64,000 nucleotides of DNA, taken from assembly GCA_963746845.1 (NCBI GenBank), contig CAVVCZ010000005.1:320001-384000 (forward strand), in the 5' to 3' direction. The notes under the pieces are model-generated. The model was not told the DNA's origin. It saw only the letters and a list, made by a program, of their open reading frames with translations, and ran no database searches. The translations under genes were made by a program, and so were the position numbers. This document shows positions 46,317 to 55,071 of this stretch, piece after piece. The stretch is from an uncultured Chloroflexia bacterium (GTDB lineage: Bacteria; Chloroflexota; Limnocylindria; Limnocylindrales; CSP1-4). Numbering within the stretch: position 1 is the stretch's first letter; every line of letters starts with the position of its first letter.

Positions 46317-47554
46317 CAGTACGCGTTCGCCACGAACAGCTCGGCCGACGGGAAGCGGGTGATCACGTGCGGCCCATCGGCCGTGATGACGACCTCCTCC
46401 TCGATCCGGGCCGCCGAGACGCCGTCCTTGGCCGGGCAGTAGGTCTCGAGCGCGATGACCATCCCCTCCTTCAGCTCGACCGGGTGCTCGAGCGAGTTCA
46501 GCCGGCTGATGATCGGTCGCTCGTGGAGGAACAGCCCGACGCTGTGGCCGAACTGGAGGCCGAAGCACTCCATCTCGTTGGCGAACCCGAACTCCTCGGC
46601 CTTCGGCCAGACCTTCGCGACCTGGTCCGTCCCGACGCCCGGGCGCATGAGCTCGATCGACGCGTCGATCCACTCGCGAGCCTTCTTGTATGCGTCGCGC
46701 TGGGCGTCCGTCGCGGTCCCGACGACGAACGTCCGGTAGTAGCAGGTCTTGTAGCCGACGAACGTGTGGATGATGTCGAAGAAGGCCTGGTCACCGGGGC
46801 GGATGATCCGGTCGCTGAAGACGTGCGGGTGGGGCGAGCAGCGCTCCCCGGACACCGCGTTGATGTTGTCGACGTGCTCCGAGCCGAGATCGAACAGGAA
46901 GTGGGTCACGTTCGCGACGAGCTCGCTCTCGCGGATGCCGGGCTTCAGCTGCTCGGCGAGCATCTGGTAGGCGCCGTCGACCATCGAGCAGGCGGTGTTC
47001 AGGAGCATGATCTCGTCGATCGACTTGACCTCGCGCGCGTCGAGCATCACCTGCTGGGCGTCGCGGACCGTGATCCCCTCGACCTCGAGCGCGGCGATCA
47101 TCGGGGGCTCGACGATGTCGACCCCGAGCGGCATGTCGAGCACGCCCTCCGCCTTGAGGATCTCGCAGATCTCGCGGGCGGCCCGGCGGAACAGACCGGC
47201 ATCCGGGGCGACGGCCCCGCGCAGCCCGACCATCCCGGCGTGAATGTTGTCCTGGCGCAGCCACGGGCAGTTGAGCCGATGGTGCTTCGCCGCCGACCCG
47301 AAATCCCAGATGTGGGGCGTGCCGCCCCGCGTCTGGAGGGCATAGCGGGTCATCTTGTCGCGCGCCCACTCGCCGATGTGGGTGCTCGTGACGTACCGGA
47401 TGTTGTTGAAGTCGAACAGGAGGACGGCGCCGAGGTCCGATGCCTCGAGGGCGGCCTTCGCGCGACCGAACCGATACGATCGAAGACGGTCCGGGTTGAC
47501 GCGCTCTTCCCAGTCGACGGTCTGCGCACCGGGAGAGGCATACGGTCGCGGCAT
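46316..47554 (-). CDS. M24 family (Xaa-Pro peptidase / creatinase-like) hydrolase
   Basis: N-terminal creatinase-like domain (NIRYVT), REVKSIDEI, GHSVGLFLHE, IALET, RIEE. Confidence 0.88.
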   Translation of the reverse strand: MPRPYASPGAQTVDWEERVNPDRLRSYRFGRAKAALEASDLGAVLLFDFNNIRYVTSTHIGEWARDKMTRYALQTRGGTPHIWDFGSAAKHHRLNCPWLRQDNIHAGMVGLRGAVAPDAGLFRRAAREICEILKAEGVLDMPLGVDIVEPPMIAALEVEGITVRDAQQVMLDAREVKSIDEIMLLNTACSMVDGAYQMLAEQLKPGIRESELVANVTHFLFDLGSEHVDNINAVSGERCSPHPHVFSDRIIRPGDQAFFDIIHTFVGYKTCYYRTFVVGTATDAQRDAYKKAREWIDASIELMRPGVGTDQVAKVWPKAEEFGFANEMECFGLQFGHSVGLFLHERPIISRLNSLEHPVELKEGMVIALETYCPAKDGVSAARIEEEVVITADGPHVITRFPSAELFVANAY

Positions 47555-47701
47555 CGCTGACACCCTCAGGACCTGTCGAGCCGTGGTCGGCCAGCGGAGG
47601 CGGCCGGCCGGCGTCGATGCGTGGCGTTCAATGATGCTACACGCCGTCGCGGCGCCGCAACCCGCGGGCTACCATGGCCACCGAGCAGCACGGAGGCAGC
47701 G

Positions 47702-48388
47702 GTGGCTCGCAGCGGAAACGGCTCGGCGCCGGAATACCGGCCCTTCGGCGGCCACCTGCGCGAGGTCCGGCAGGCCCGAGGCCTGAGCCTTCGTGCCCTC
47801 GCCGAACGCGTCGGCGTGTCGCCCAGCCTGATCTCCCAGGTCGAGACGGGGCGGGCCAGGCCGTCGGTCCGAACGCTCTATGCGATCGCCAGCGAGCTGC
47901 AGATGTCCCTTGACGAGCTGCTGTTCCTCGATGCGCCGGCGGAGCCGCTCGAAGCGCCGTCCGACGGGAGTGCTGGGCCCTGGATCGAGATCCACCTGCC
48001 GCAGGATCCGGTCCAGCGAGCGGCGGACCGGAAGACGATCCGGCTGGCCTCCGGCGTCGTCTGGGAGCGGCTCACGACGGCCTCGATCCCGAGCGTGGAC
48101 TTCCTCCGGGTGACCTATGAGGTGGGCGGAGCGTCAAGCCCGGAGCGCGAGTTTCAGCGGCACGCCGGCCAGGAATGGGGCTATGTGGTCAGCGGGACGC
48201 TCGGCGTCACGATCGGCTTCGACGAGGTGGTGCTTGGCCCCGGCAATTCGATCGCGTTCGACTCGACGACCCCGCACCGACTGTTCAATGCCGGATCGGA
48301 GCCGGTACACGGCATCTGGTTCGTGCTCGGGCGGCGCTCAAGCGCGTTCGATCCGGGCCCCCACGCCGAGGCCGCCTCAGCCGGCTGA
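47702..48388 (+). CDS. XRE-family HTH plus cupin transcriptional regulator
   Basis: LREVRQARGLSLRALAERVGVSPSLISQVETG; HAGQEWGYV...FDSTTPH; GGAGG RBS before GTG. Confidence 0.92.
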   Translation: MARSGNGSAPEYRPFGGHLREVRQARGLSLRALAERVGVSPSLISQVETGRARPSVRTLYAIASELQMSLDELLFLDAPAEPLEAPSDGSAGPWIEIHLPQDPVQRAADRKTIRLASGVVWERLTTASIPSVDFLRVTYEVGGASSPEREFQRHAGQEWGYVVSGTLGVTIGFDEVVLGPGNSIAFDSTTPHRLFNAGSEPVHGIWFVLGRRSSAFDPGPHAEAASAG

Positions 48389-48403
48389 ATCCGTCCCCTG
48401 GCT

Positions 48404-48422
48404 TGTACAGTGGCACTGCACA
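48404..48422. promoter_or_regulatory. Imperfect palindrome, candidate operator upstream of the bicupin gene
   Basis: TGTACAGTG-G-CACTGCACA (8 of 9 positions complementary). Confidence 0.45.
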
Positions 48423-48446
48423 GCAGTCGAACTGGCGGAGGAGCCC

Positions 48447-49364
48447 ATGCACCACGTCGGCCGGATTGACTGGTCGTTCGCCGCGCAACCCCAGCCGGCG
48501 TCCATGCGCTCGTCCGGGCTCGCCCGGCAGGTCCTCGTCGGCCCGGCCCAGGGCGCCGTCCACACGGAGCTCGCGGCGGGCGCCTTCGCCCCCGGCGGCT
48601 GGCTGAACCGCCACGTCCACTCGTTCGAGGAGGCGCTGTACGTCCTGTCCGGTGAGCTCGTCATCGACATCGGCGGCGCGGTCCATCGACTCGTGGCCGG
48701 TGACTTCTGCCTGATGACGATCGGGACATGGCACGCCCTCGCGAACGGTTCCGACGGCGAGACCCGCTGGCTGTCGCTGAACACACCGCAGCGGCTGCCC
48801 GTGGACGGCGACCGCAGGGACACGTTCTTCGCCCGGGCCGCGTTCGACCCGGCCGGCCTGATCGCACGCGCCACCCGGCCGCGGTTCGGCGATCCGGCGG
48901 TGCGCTTCGTCGGCCACTACGACGGCACGCCGCCCCAGGTCGAGGCGCTTCGCGTCAGCGATCCGGCCCGCGGCCGCAAGCCGGCCGGCATGGACACCGC
49001 GATCCTCGCGTACAGCGGGATCTCCGTGAAGATGCTCGTCGACCGGGTGTTCGGCTCGGACCTCCTGACGATGTTCACCGTCGACTACGAGCTCAACGGC
49101 TCGGCCCAGCAGCACGACCACCCGTTCGAGGAGACCTACGTGTTCCTCGCGGGCGAGGTCGAGGCCGAGCTGGACGGCGAGATCCACACGCTCCGGCCGG
49201 GCGACGTCGTGTTCGCCGGGGTCGGGAGCGTCCACGGCTTCTACAACAACGGCTCCGAGAGGGTCCGGTGGCTCGAGACCCAGGCGCCGCAGCCGCCCGT
49301 CCGCCATGCGTATCGCTGGGCGCCCACCTGGACGAAGTTCGCGGAGGACAACGATGTCGAATGA
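48447..49364 (+). CDS. Bicupin metalloprotein
   Basis: Two cupin motifs: HVHSFEEALYV...WH and HDHPFEETYV...VH; GGAGG RBS. Confidence 0.88.
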   Translation: MHHVGRIDWSFAAQPQPASMRSSGLARQVLVGPAQGAVHTELAAGAFAPGGWLNRHVHSFEEALYVLSGELVIDIGGAVHRLVAGDFCLMTIGTWHALANGSDGETRWLSLNTPQRLPVDGDRRDTFFARAAFDPAGLIARATRPRFGDPAVRFVGHYDGTPPQVEALRVSDPARGRKPAGMDTAILAYSGISVKMLVDRVFGSDLLTMFTVDYELNGSAQQHDHPFEETYVFLAGEVEAELDGEIHTLRPGDVVFAGVGSVHGFYNNGSERVRWLETQAPQPPVRHAYRWAPTWTKFAEDNDVE

Positions 49365-50061
49365 CGGGGCGGTGGTCGTCGTCGGGGGCACCCGGGCGAT
49401 CGGGCTGGAGCTCGTCAGGCACTATGCGAACCTCGGTCACGAGGTCGTCCTGACCGGCCAGTCGGCCGCGAACGTCGAGTTTGCCGTCGCGGCCGCCGGC
49501 GCCGGCGGCCGCGTCCGCGGAGTCGTCTTCGACCTCGCCCAACCCGAGACGATCGCCCCCGCGCTCGCGGACGTCGGGCCCGTCCGGCGGCTCGCCCTCG
49601 TCGCGATCGACCGCGACCAGAACACCGTCCGCGACTACGACCTGACGCGGGGCCTCCGGCTCGTGACCCTCAAGCTCGTCGGCTACACCGAGACCGTCCA
49701 CACGCTGATCGACCGGTTGACGGACGACGCGTCGATCCTCCTCTTCGGGGGGATGGCGAAGGAGCGGCCGTATCCCGGCTCGACGACCGTCACCACGGTC
49801 AACGGCGGCGTGGTCGGACTGACCCGGACCCTCGTCGAGGAGCTGAAGCCGCTCCGGGTGAACTCGCTCCATCCCGGTGTCGTCGGCAACAGCCCGTACT
49901 GGGCCGAGAAGCCGGCCGCGATCGAGCGCTACACGTCGGAGACGCCGATGGGCCGGCTGGCGACGATGGACGAGATCGTGGACGCCGCGGTCTTCCTGCT
50001 CGAGAACACCGCCGTCAACGGGGTCGACCTGATCGTCGACGGCGGCTGGCACTGCCGCTAG
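49354..50061 (+). CDS. SDR family oxidoreductase (atypical active site)
   Basis: VGGTRAIG, RVNSLHPG, PMGR, VDGG; no YxxxK at the expected position. Confidence 0.85.
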   Translation: MSNDGAVVVVGGTRAIGLELVRHYANLGHEVVLTGQSAANVEFAVAAAGAGGRVRGVVFDLAQPETIAPALADVGPVRRLALVAIDRDQNTVRDYDLTRGLRLVTLKLVGYTETVHTLIDRLTDDASILLFGGMAKERPYPGSTTVTTVNGGVVGLTRTLVEELKPLRVNSLHPGVVGNSPYWAEKPAAIERYTSETPMGRLATMDEIVDAAVFLLENTAVNGVDLIVDGGWHCR

Positions 50062-50064
50062 GCG

Positions 50065-51381
50065 TCAGAGCAGTGGCGAGATCGCCGACATCACCGCGTT
50101 GATCGCCCGCTCCTTCCGGCCCACCGGCATCACGGCCGGTGTCGCGATCTCCATGTCCCGGTCGAACAGCTCGCGCGCGAACCGGTCGGCGACGGCCGGA
50201 TCGACGATCCGGAGCTGGAGCTCCCAGTTCTGGCGAAGGCTCAGGGCGTCGAGGTTGGCCGTGCCGGCGAGAACGGTATCGTCCGATAGGACGACCTTCG
50301 CGTGGGCCATCTCGGGATGCTCGCGCAGGTCGACCCCGGCGTCGCGCAGCGCCCGGAACCAATGCCGGACCGAGCCGCTCGCGGGCAGCGAATGCGGGTT
50401 CGACGGCACGATGACCCGGACGTCGACGCCGCGCTCGCCCGCGTCGATGAGACCGCGCAGGATCCCGTGATCGGACAGGTACGGCGAGATGACATAGAGC
50501 CGTCGACGCGCGTCGCGGACGGCCGCCCGGAACGCCTCGGTGATCGGGTGATGGCCTTCGCCGGGATTGTTGAGAAGGATCTCCATCGGGACGCCCGCGG
50601 CGTCGGCCGCGTCCGCGCCGGCGACCTCCGCAGGAAAGAATCGATCGAGGCCGGCCGGCGCCGGGGGCAACGGCCCGCCCTGGAACCGCCACGACAGCAG
50701 GAACACCGCCTGGAGCTGGGCGACGATCGGTCCCTCGAGGCGGAGCATCAGGTCGTGCGTGCCGGTCGCGTAGTGGTCCTCGATCCCCGGTCCGCCGACG
50801 TAGCCGACCCGCCCGTCGACGATGACGACCTTGCGGTGGTCGAAGTGGCCGAAGTCGTCGAACCGCCAGTCGATCCGGCGCTGGCCGAGGAGCCCGTCGA
50901 GATCGACGAACCCGCCCTGGTTGGCCACGACCTGGACGCCACCCGCGACGAGTGATGCGTAGAACTCCTTCGAGCCGAGACCGGGCTGGCTGAACGCCGC
51001 CTCGGTGATGACCCGGACGCCCACGCCGGCCTGCGCCTTGCGGACGAGAAGATCGCGGAACTGGTTGCCGATCTCACCGGCCTTGAAGCCGAAGATCAGG
51101 ATGTGGATGTCGGTCTCGGCGGTCTCGATGTCGGCGAGCATGCTCGGAAAGAACGACGCTCCGTCGATCAGCAGGTCCCAGCGCGTCGCCCGGGCCGGCG
51201 CGAAGTCCAGGGTCAGCTCGCTGCGGCGCGCGCGCCTGCCCAGCGAGGCAGCGACGATCGCGCGCGCCTCGGGCGGGGCGACGGGTGGCGGCGGAGGGGC
51301 GTGCCGCGGGCCGATCAGGCGGCGGGCGGCCAGCGCCGCGCCGACACCGGCTGCAGCAGCGGCGACGATGCGGGGTCTCAC
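50065..51381 (-). CDS. Phospholipase D family protein (cardiolipin synthase-like)
   Basis: Two HKD motifs: HRKVVIVD and HAKVVLSD...GTANLD. Confidence 0.9.
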   Translation of the reverse strand: MRPRIVAAAAAGVGAALAARRLIGPRHAPPPPPVAPPEARAIVAASLGRRARRSELTLDFAPARATRWDLLIDGASFFPSMLADIETAETDIHILIFGFKAGEIGNQFRDLLVRKAQAGVGVRVITEAAFSQPGLGSKEFYASLVAGGVQVVANQGGFVDLDGLLGQRRIDWRFDDFGHFDHRKVVIVDGRVGYVGGPGIEDHYATGTHDLMLRLEGPIVAQLQAVFLLSWRFQGGPLPPAPAGLDRFFPAEVAGADAADAAGVPMEILLNNPGEGHHPITEAFRAAVRDARRRLYVISPYLSDHGILRGLIDAGERGVDVRVIVPSNPHSLPASGSVRHWFRALRDAGVDLREHPEMAHAKVVLSDDTVLAGTANLDALSLRQNWELQLRIVDPAVADRFARELFDRDMEIATPAVMPVGRKERAINAVMSAISPLL

Positions 51382-51468
51382 GATGGCGAAGCGTACGTCG
51401 TGCGGAGGCCATCGAGTCGGGCGATCGAGTCGCTACTCTGTGGAGGGCTGCAACGCAGGGCGGAGGCC

Positions 51469-52665
51469 ATGGGACCGAACACCGATCCAGACGGCGCTGC
51501 GGACGGCGCCGTCACGAGCGACCCGGCCGGAGACCACGACGCGGCGCCGGCCGCGACCGATCCGGACCTGCCCGCGGATTCCGACGAGCCCGGCGGGTCC
51601 GGCCCGGCGGCCCCGTCGCGCAGGGCGGCGCTGCTGCGGTCCGGGTTCATCGTCCTGGTCCTGTTCATCGTCTTCGGCCTGATCCTGCCGCGCTTCGTCG
51701 ACTACCAGGAGGTCGCCGCGTCGCTGGCGGCCCTCACGATCGAGCAGATTGCCGTGATGACCGTCCTCGGGCTGATCGCATGGTTCGTCTGCGGCCAGCT
51801 GTTCACGGTCCTCATCCCCGGGATCACCCCGATCCGGGGGAACGTCGCCTACCTCATCCTGTCGGGGATCGGTTCCAGCATCCCGTTCGGGCCGTGGAAC
51901 ATGGGCGTGGTCTGGGTCGTGCTGCGCGGCTGGGGGATCCCGCTGCCGGACGCGACAACCGGCATCGCGCTGTACGGGATCATCAACACCCTGGCCCGGT
52001 TCGCCCTGCCGGTCCTGGCGATCGGCGTGATCCTCGCGACGGGCGACCTGAACGGTGGCCGGCAGGCCGCACTGGTCATCTCGATCATCAGCGGCATCAT
52101 CTTCGTGGTGGCGGTCGTCGTGATGCTGTCGGTCGTTCGGTCCGACGCCGCTGCCGATCGCGTGGCCCGGATCATCACCCGGTTCGTCACGTGGATCCTC
52201 ACGAAGTTCCGGCGGACGGAGCGTCCGGACGTCGACGGCTCCATCCACCGCTTCCGCGACAGCGTCGGCGAGGTCGTGCGGCAACGCGGTCTCCTGGGCC
52301 TCGGCGTGACGCTCTTCGCCCAGGTTCCGTGGTCGATCGCCTTCGTCACCGCGCTGCGCTTCACGGGCGTACCCGCGGACGTCATCTCGGCCGGCGAGAT
52401 CATCGGCGTGTTCGCGCTGGTCGCCGTCATCACGATCATCCCGATCGCGCCGGGCGGCGCGGGCGTGCCCGAGCTGCTCTACATCGCCGGCCTGACGGCC
52501 ATCGCCGGGCCGGGCTGGGAGGCGCAGATCACGGCCGGCGTCTTCCTGTTCCGCCTGTACGTGTGGTTCCTGCCGATCCCCCTCGCCTGGATCCTCCTGA
52601 AGATCGTCCGGCGCGGGAAGCCGATGCTGCCGACGACGGTCGAGCTTCGGTCGTACGCGGCATAG
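51469..52665 (+). CDS. Lysylphosphatidylglycerol synthase TM domain / putative flippase (UPF0104)
   Basis: Multi-TM; IPIAPGGAGVPE...LFRLYVWFLPIPL. Confidence 0.82.
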   Translation: MGPNTDPDGAADGAVTSDPAGDHDAAPAATDPDLPADSDEPGGSGPAAPSRRAALLRSGFIVLVLFIVFGLILPRFVDYQEVAASLAALTIEQIAVMTVLGLIAWFVCGQLFTVLIPGITPIRGNVAYLILSGIGSSIPFGPWNMGVVWVVLRGWGIPLPDATTGIALYGIINTLARFALPVLAIGVILATGDLNGGRQAALVISIISGIIFVVAVVVMLSVVRSDAAADRVARIITRFVTWILTKFRRTERPDVDGSIHRFRDSVGEVVRQRGLLGLGVTLFAQVPWSIAFVTALRFTGVPADVISAGEIIGVFALVAVITIIPIAPGGAGVPELLYIAGLTAIAGPGWEAQITAGVFLFRLYVWFLPIPLAWILLKIVRRGKPMLPTTVELRSYAA

Positions 52666-52695
52666 GCGACGGACCGCGACGGCCGGAGTCGTGAC

Positions 52696-53838
52696 GTGAC
52701 CGCCGACCTCCCGCCTCGCCCGACCGGATCCGGCCCGTCGCTCGTCCCGCGCTGGGTCCGCGGAAACACGAACCTCTTCGCGATGCTCGTCACGGCCGTG
52801 ATGGTCGGGATCGGGCTCTTCCTGATCGGCTGGCTCGCCCCGGTCCTCGCGCCGATGGGCCTCGGCCTGTTCATGGCCGCGCTCGCGGCCCCGCTGTTCA
52901 CCCGGCTCGAGGCACGTGGGCGATCGGCGGGGCTGGCCCTGGTCGTGACGATCGGCGTTCTCCTCGCGGTTGCCGTCGGCCTCGTCGCGCTGGCGCTGAC
53001 CGGCGGGCGCGCGCTCATCGACGGGATCGCGACCTACTCGAGCGAGCTGCAGTCCCGCTATCCCTCGGCAACGGAGACCCTCGCGACGAGCGGGGTCCTG
53101 GCGCTCCTCCGCGACATCCTGCCGCCCGAGGTGCTCACGAGCGTCCTCGGGGCGGTAGCCGGGATCCTGATCACGATCGGGCAGAGCCTCGTGTTCGCCA
53201 CGATCGTCGCCGCCCTGTTGCTCCTCGACGGTCAGCGTCTGTCACGCCTGGCGTCCGGTGGGTTGGGCAGCCAGAATCCGGTCTTCCGCGAGACGCCGGC
53301 GATCGCCCGGGCCGCGGTCACGTACTTCGTGGTCCGGATCCGCGTCAACGCGGTCACGGCCGCGGGCTTCCTGATCCTGCTGCTCGTGCTCGGTGTGGAC
53401 GACGCCCTGCTGTGGGCCGTCTGCGCCTTCTTCCTGAGCTTCGTCCCGTACCTCGGTCTCGTGCTCGCGATGATCCCTCCCGCCGTCCTCGCGCTGGCCG
53501 AGTCCGGGCCGCTGGCGGCCGCGACGGTCGTCGCCGGCGTGACGGTCCTCAATCTCGTCGCGGAGAACGTGCTCGAGCCCACCCTGACCGGCCGAGCGCT
53601 GCACCTGTCCACCTGGCTCGTCTTCACGATGTTCTTCTTCTGGGTCTGGCTGATCGGACCCGTCGGAGCCCTGCTGTCGATGCCGATCACCGTGCTCGTC
53701 GTGCTCGTCCTCCAGCACAACCCGCGGACGGAGTGGCTCGCCGCCCTGCTCGCCAACGCGCCGGAGCCCGATCAGCCGGGCGGGGCGCCGGTGTCTCCCG
53801 CCCATCGCCCGGACCGTCCGGAGGCGCAACGCGATTAG
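52696..53838 (+). CDS. AI-2E (UPF0118/PerM) family transporter
   Basis: FLSFVPYLG, ENVLEP, GPVGALLSMP. Confidence 0.88.
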   Translation: MTADLPPRPTGSGPSLVPRWVRGNTNLFAMLVTAVMVGIGLFLIGWLAPVLAPMGLGLFMAALAAPLFTRLEARGRSAGLALVVTIGVLLAVAVGLVALALTGGRALIDGIATYSSELQSRYPSATETLATSGVLALLRDILPPEVLTSVLGAVAGILITIGQSLVFATIVAALLLLDGQRLSRLASGGLGSQNPVFRETPAIARAAVTYFVVRIRVNAVTAAGFLILLLVLGVDDALLWAVCAFFLSFVPYLGLVLAMIPPAVLALAESGPLAAATVVAGVTVLNLVAENVLEPTLTGRALHLSTWLVFTMFFFWVWLIGPVGALLSMPITVLVVLVLQHNPRTEWLAALLANAPEPDQPGGAPVSPAHRPDRPEAQRD

Positions 53839-53847
53839 GCTGCCCCC

Positions 53848-54972
53848 ATGACCCAGCCATCGATCGATCCCCGGTTCCACATGCCGGCCCGCCGCGTCCT
53901 GGTGCTGGGGCTGTTCATCGTTGCCGTGTTCTGGTTCGCCCGGCCCGTCCTCCTCCCGTTCATCGTCGGGGCCCTGATCGCCTACGCGTTCTCGCCCTAC
54001 ATCGATCGGGTCCAGGCCCGGACCGGCCGGTCCCGGCTGCTGATCGTGGCTGCCTGCTATGGGGCCGGCGTCGTCATCCTGGTCGCGATCGTGGCCGCGT
54101 TCGCCGGGCCGGTCTCGCGCGAGGTGGGGCTCCTCATCCGGAGCGGGCCGGACGCGCTCGAGACGGCGCTCCGCCAGCTGTTCGGCGGGGACAGCGTCAC
54201 GATCGGCGATCGGACGCTGACGGTGGAGGAGCTCGCGACCCAGCTCCAGACTGCGGTCAACGCCTTCCTCCAGACGCCGGAGGGCGCCCTGCGGGCGGCC
54301 GAGCAGCTCCTCCATGGAACCCTCGACGTGCTCCTGACGGCGATCGTCACCTTCTTCCTGTTGCTCGACGGCGGACGGTTCGGCGCGACCGCGTTGCGCT
54401 TCGCGGACCCCGCGGACCGGGTCCAGATGCAGGAGGTGGCGGCACGGATCCATGTGGTCGTCGGGCAGTGGCTGCGGGGCCAGCTGGTTCTCGTGGTGTT
54501 CGTCGCCGTGGTCGTGACCCTGGTCCTCGGGCCGATCCTCCACCTCCCGAATGCCGCCGCACTCGGGGTGATGACCGGCGTGCTCGAGGTGATCACGTTC
54601 ATCGGCCCGTTGATCGCCGGCGCGGTTGTCGGGATCGTCGCCCTCTCGAGCGGCGGTCCGACGGTCGCGATCGCGGCGATCGTCTTCCTGTTCGTGCTCC
54701 GCCAGATCGAGGATGTCCTGATCATGCCGAACGTGCTCGGCCGGGCGGTCCACCTGCACCCGCTGGTCGCGCTGTTCGCGGTCGTCGTCGGCTCGACGGC
54801 GTTCGGCATCGTCGGGACGTTCCTGGCCCTGCCGGTCGCGGCAGGCATCAACGTCGCCCTGCACGAGTTCTTTCCGGAGGAGCTCGGCGCCCTCCCGGAC
54901 GGACGCGCGAAGGCCGAACTCGCGAATCCGGACGACGGAACGACGATCACGGAGCCTCGGTCGGCGACCTGA
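53848..54972 (+). CDS. AI-2E (UPF0118/PerM) family transporter
   Basis: FFLLLDG, WLRGQL, QIED..IMP, LHPLV, FGIVGTFLALP. Confidence 0.9.
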   Translation: MTQPSIDPRFHMPARRVLVLGLFIVAVFWFARPVLLPFIVGALIAYAFSPYIDRVQARTGRSRLLIVAACYGAGVVILVAIVAAFAGPVSREVGLLIRSGPDALETALRQLFGGDSVTIGDRTLTVEELATQLQTAVNAFLQTPEGALRAAEQLLHGTLDVLLTAIVTFFLLLDGGRFGATALRFADPADRVQMQEVAARIHVVVGQWLRGQLVLVVFVAVVVTLVLGPILHLPNAAALGVMTGVLEVITFIGPLIAGAVVGIVALSSGGPTVAIAAIVFLFVLRQIEDVLIMPNVLGRAVHLHPLVALFAVVVGSTAFGIVGTFLALPVAAGINVALHEFFPEELGALPDGRAKAELANPDDGTTITEPRSAT

Positions 54973-55024
54973 ACCCGGCCGGAGCCGGGTGGTCGGGCGC
55001 CCGACTCACGCCGGGAGGGTGGTT

Positions 55025-55063
55025 GCGGGCCGGGCCGTGGGAGGAGGACCCGGCCCGGCCCGC
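55025..55063 (-). terminator. 3' hairpin with CCUCCUCCC loop after araA
   Basis: Perfect 13-bp stem 8 nt after the araA stop; minus-strand loop GGUCCUCCUCCCA. Confidence 0.55.
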
Positions 55064-55071
55064 TGGGACGT

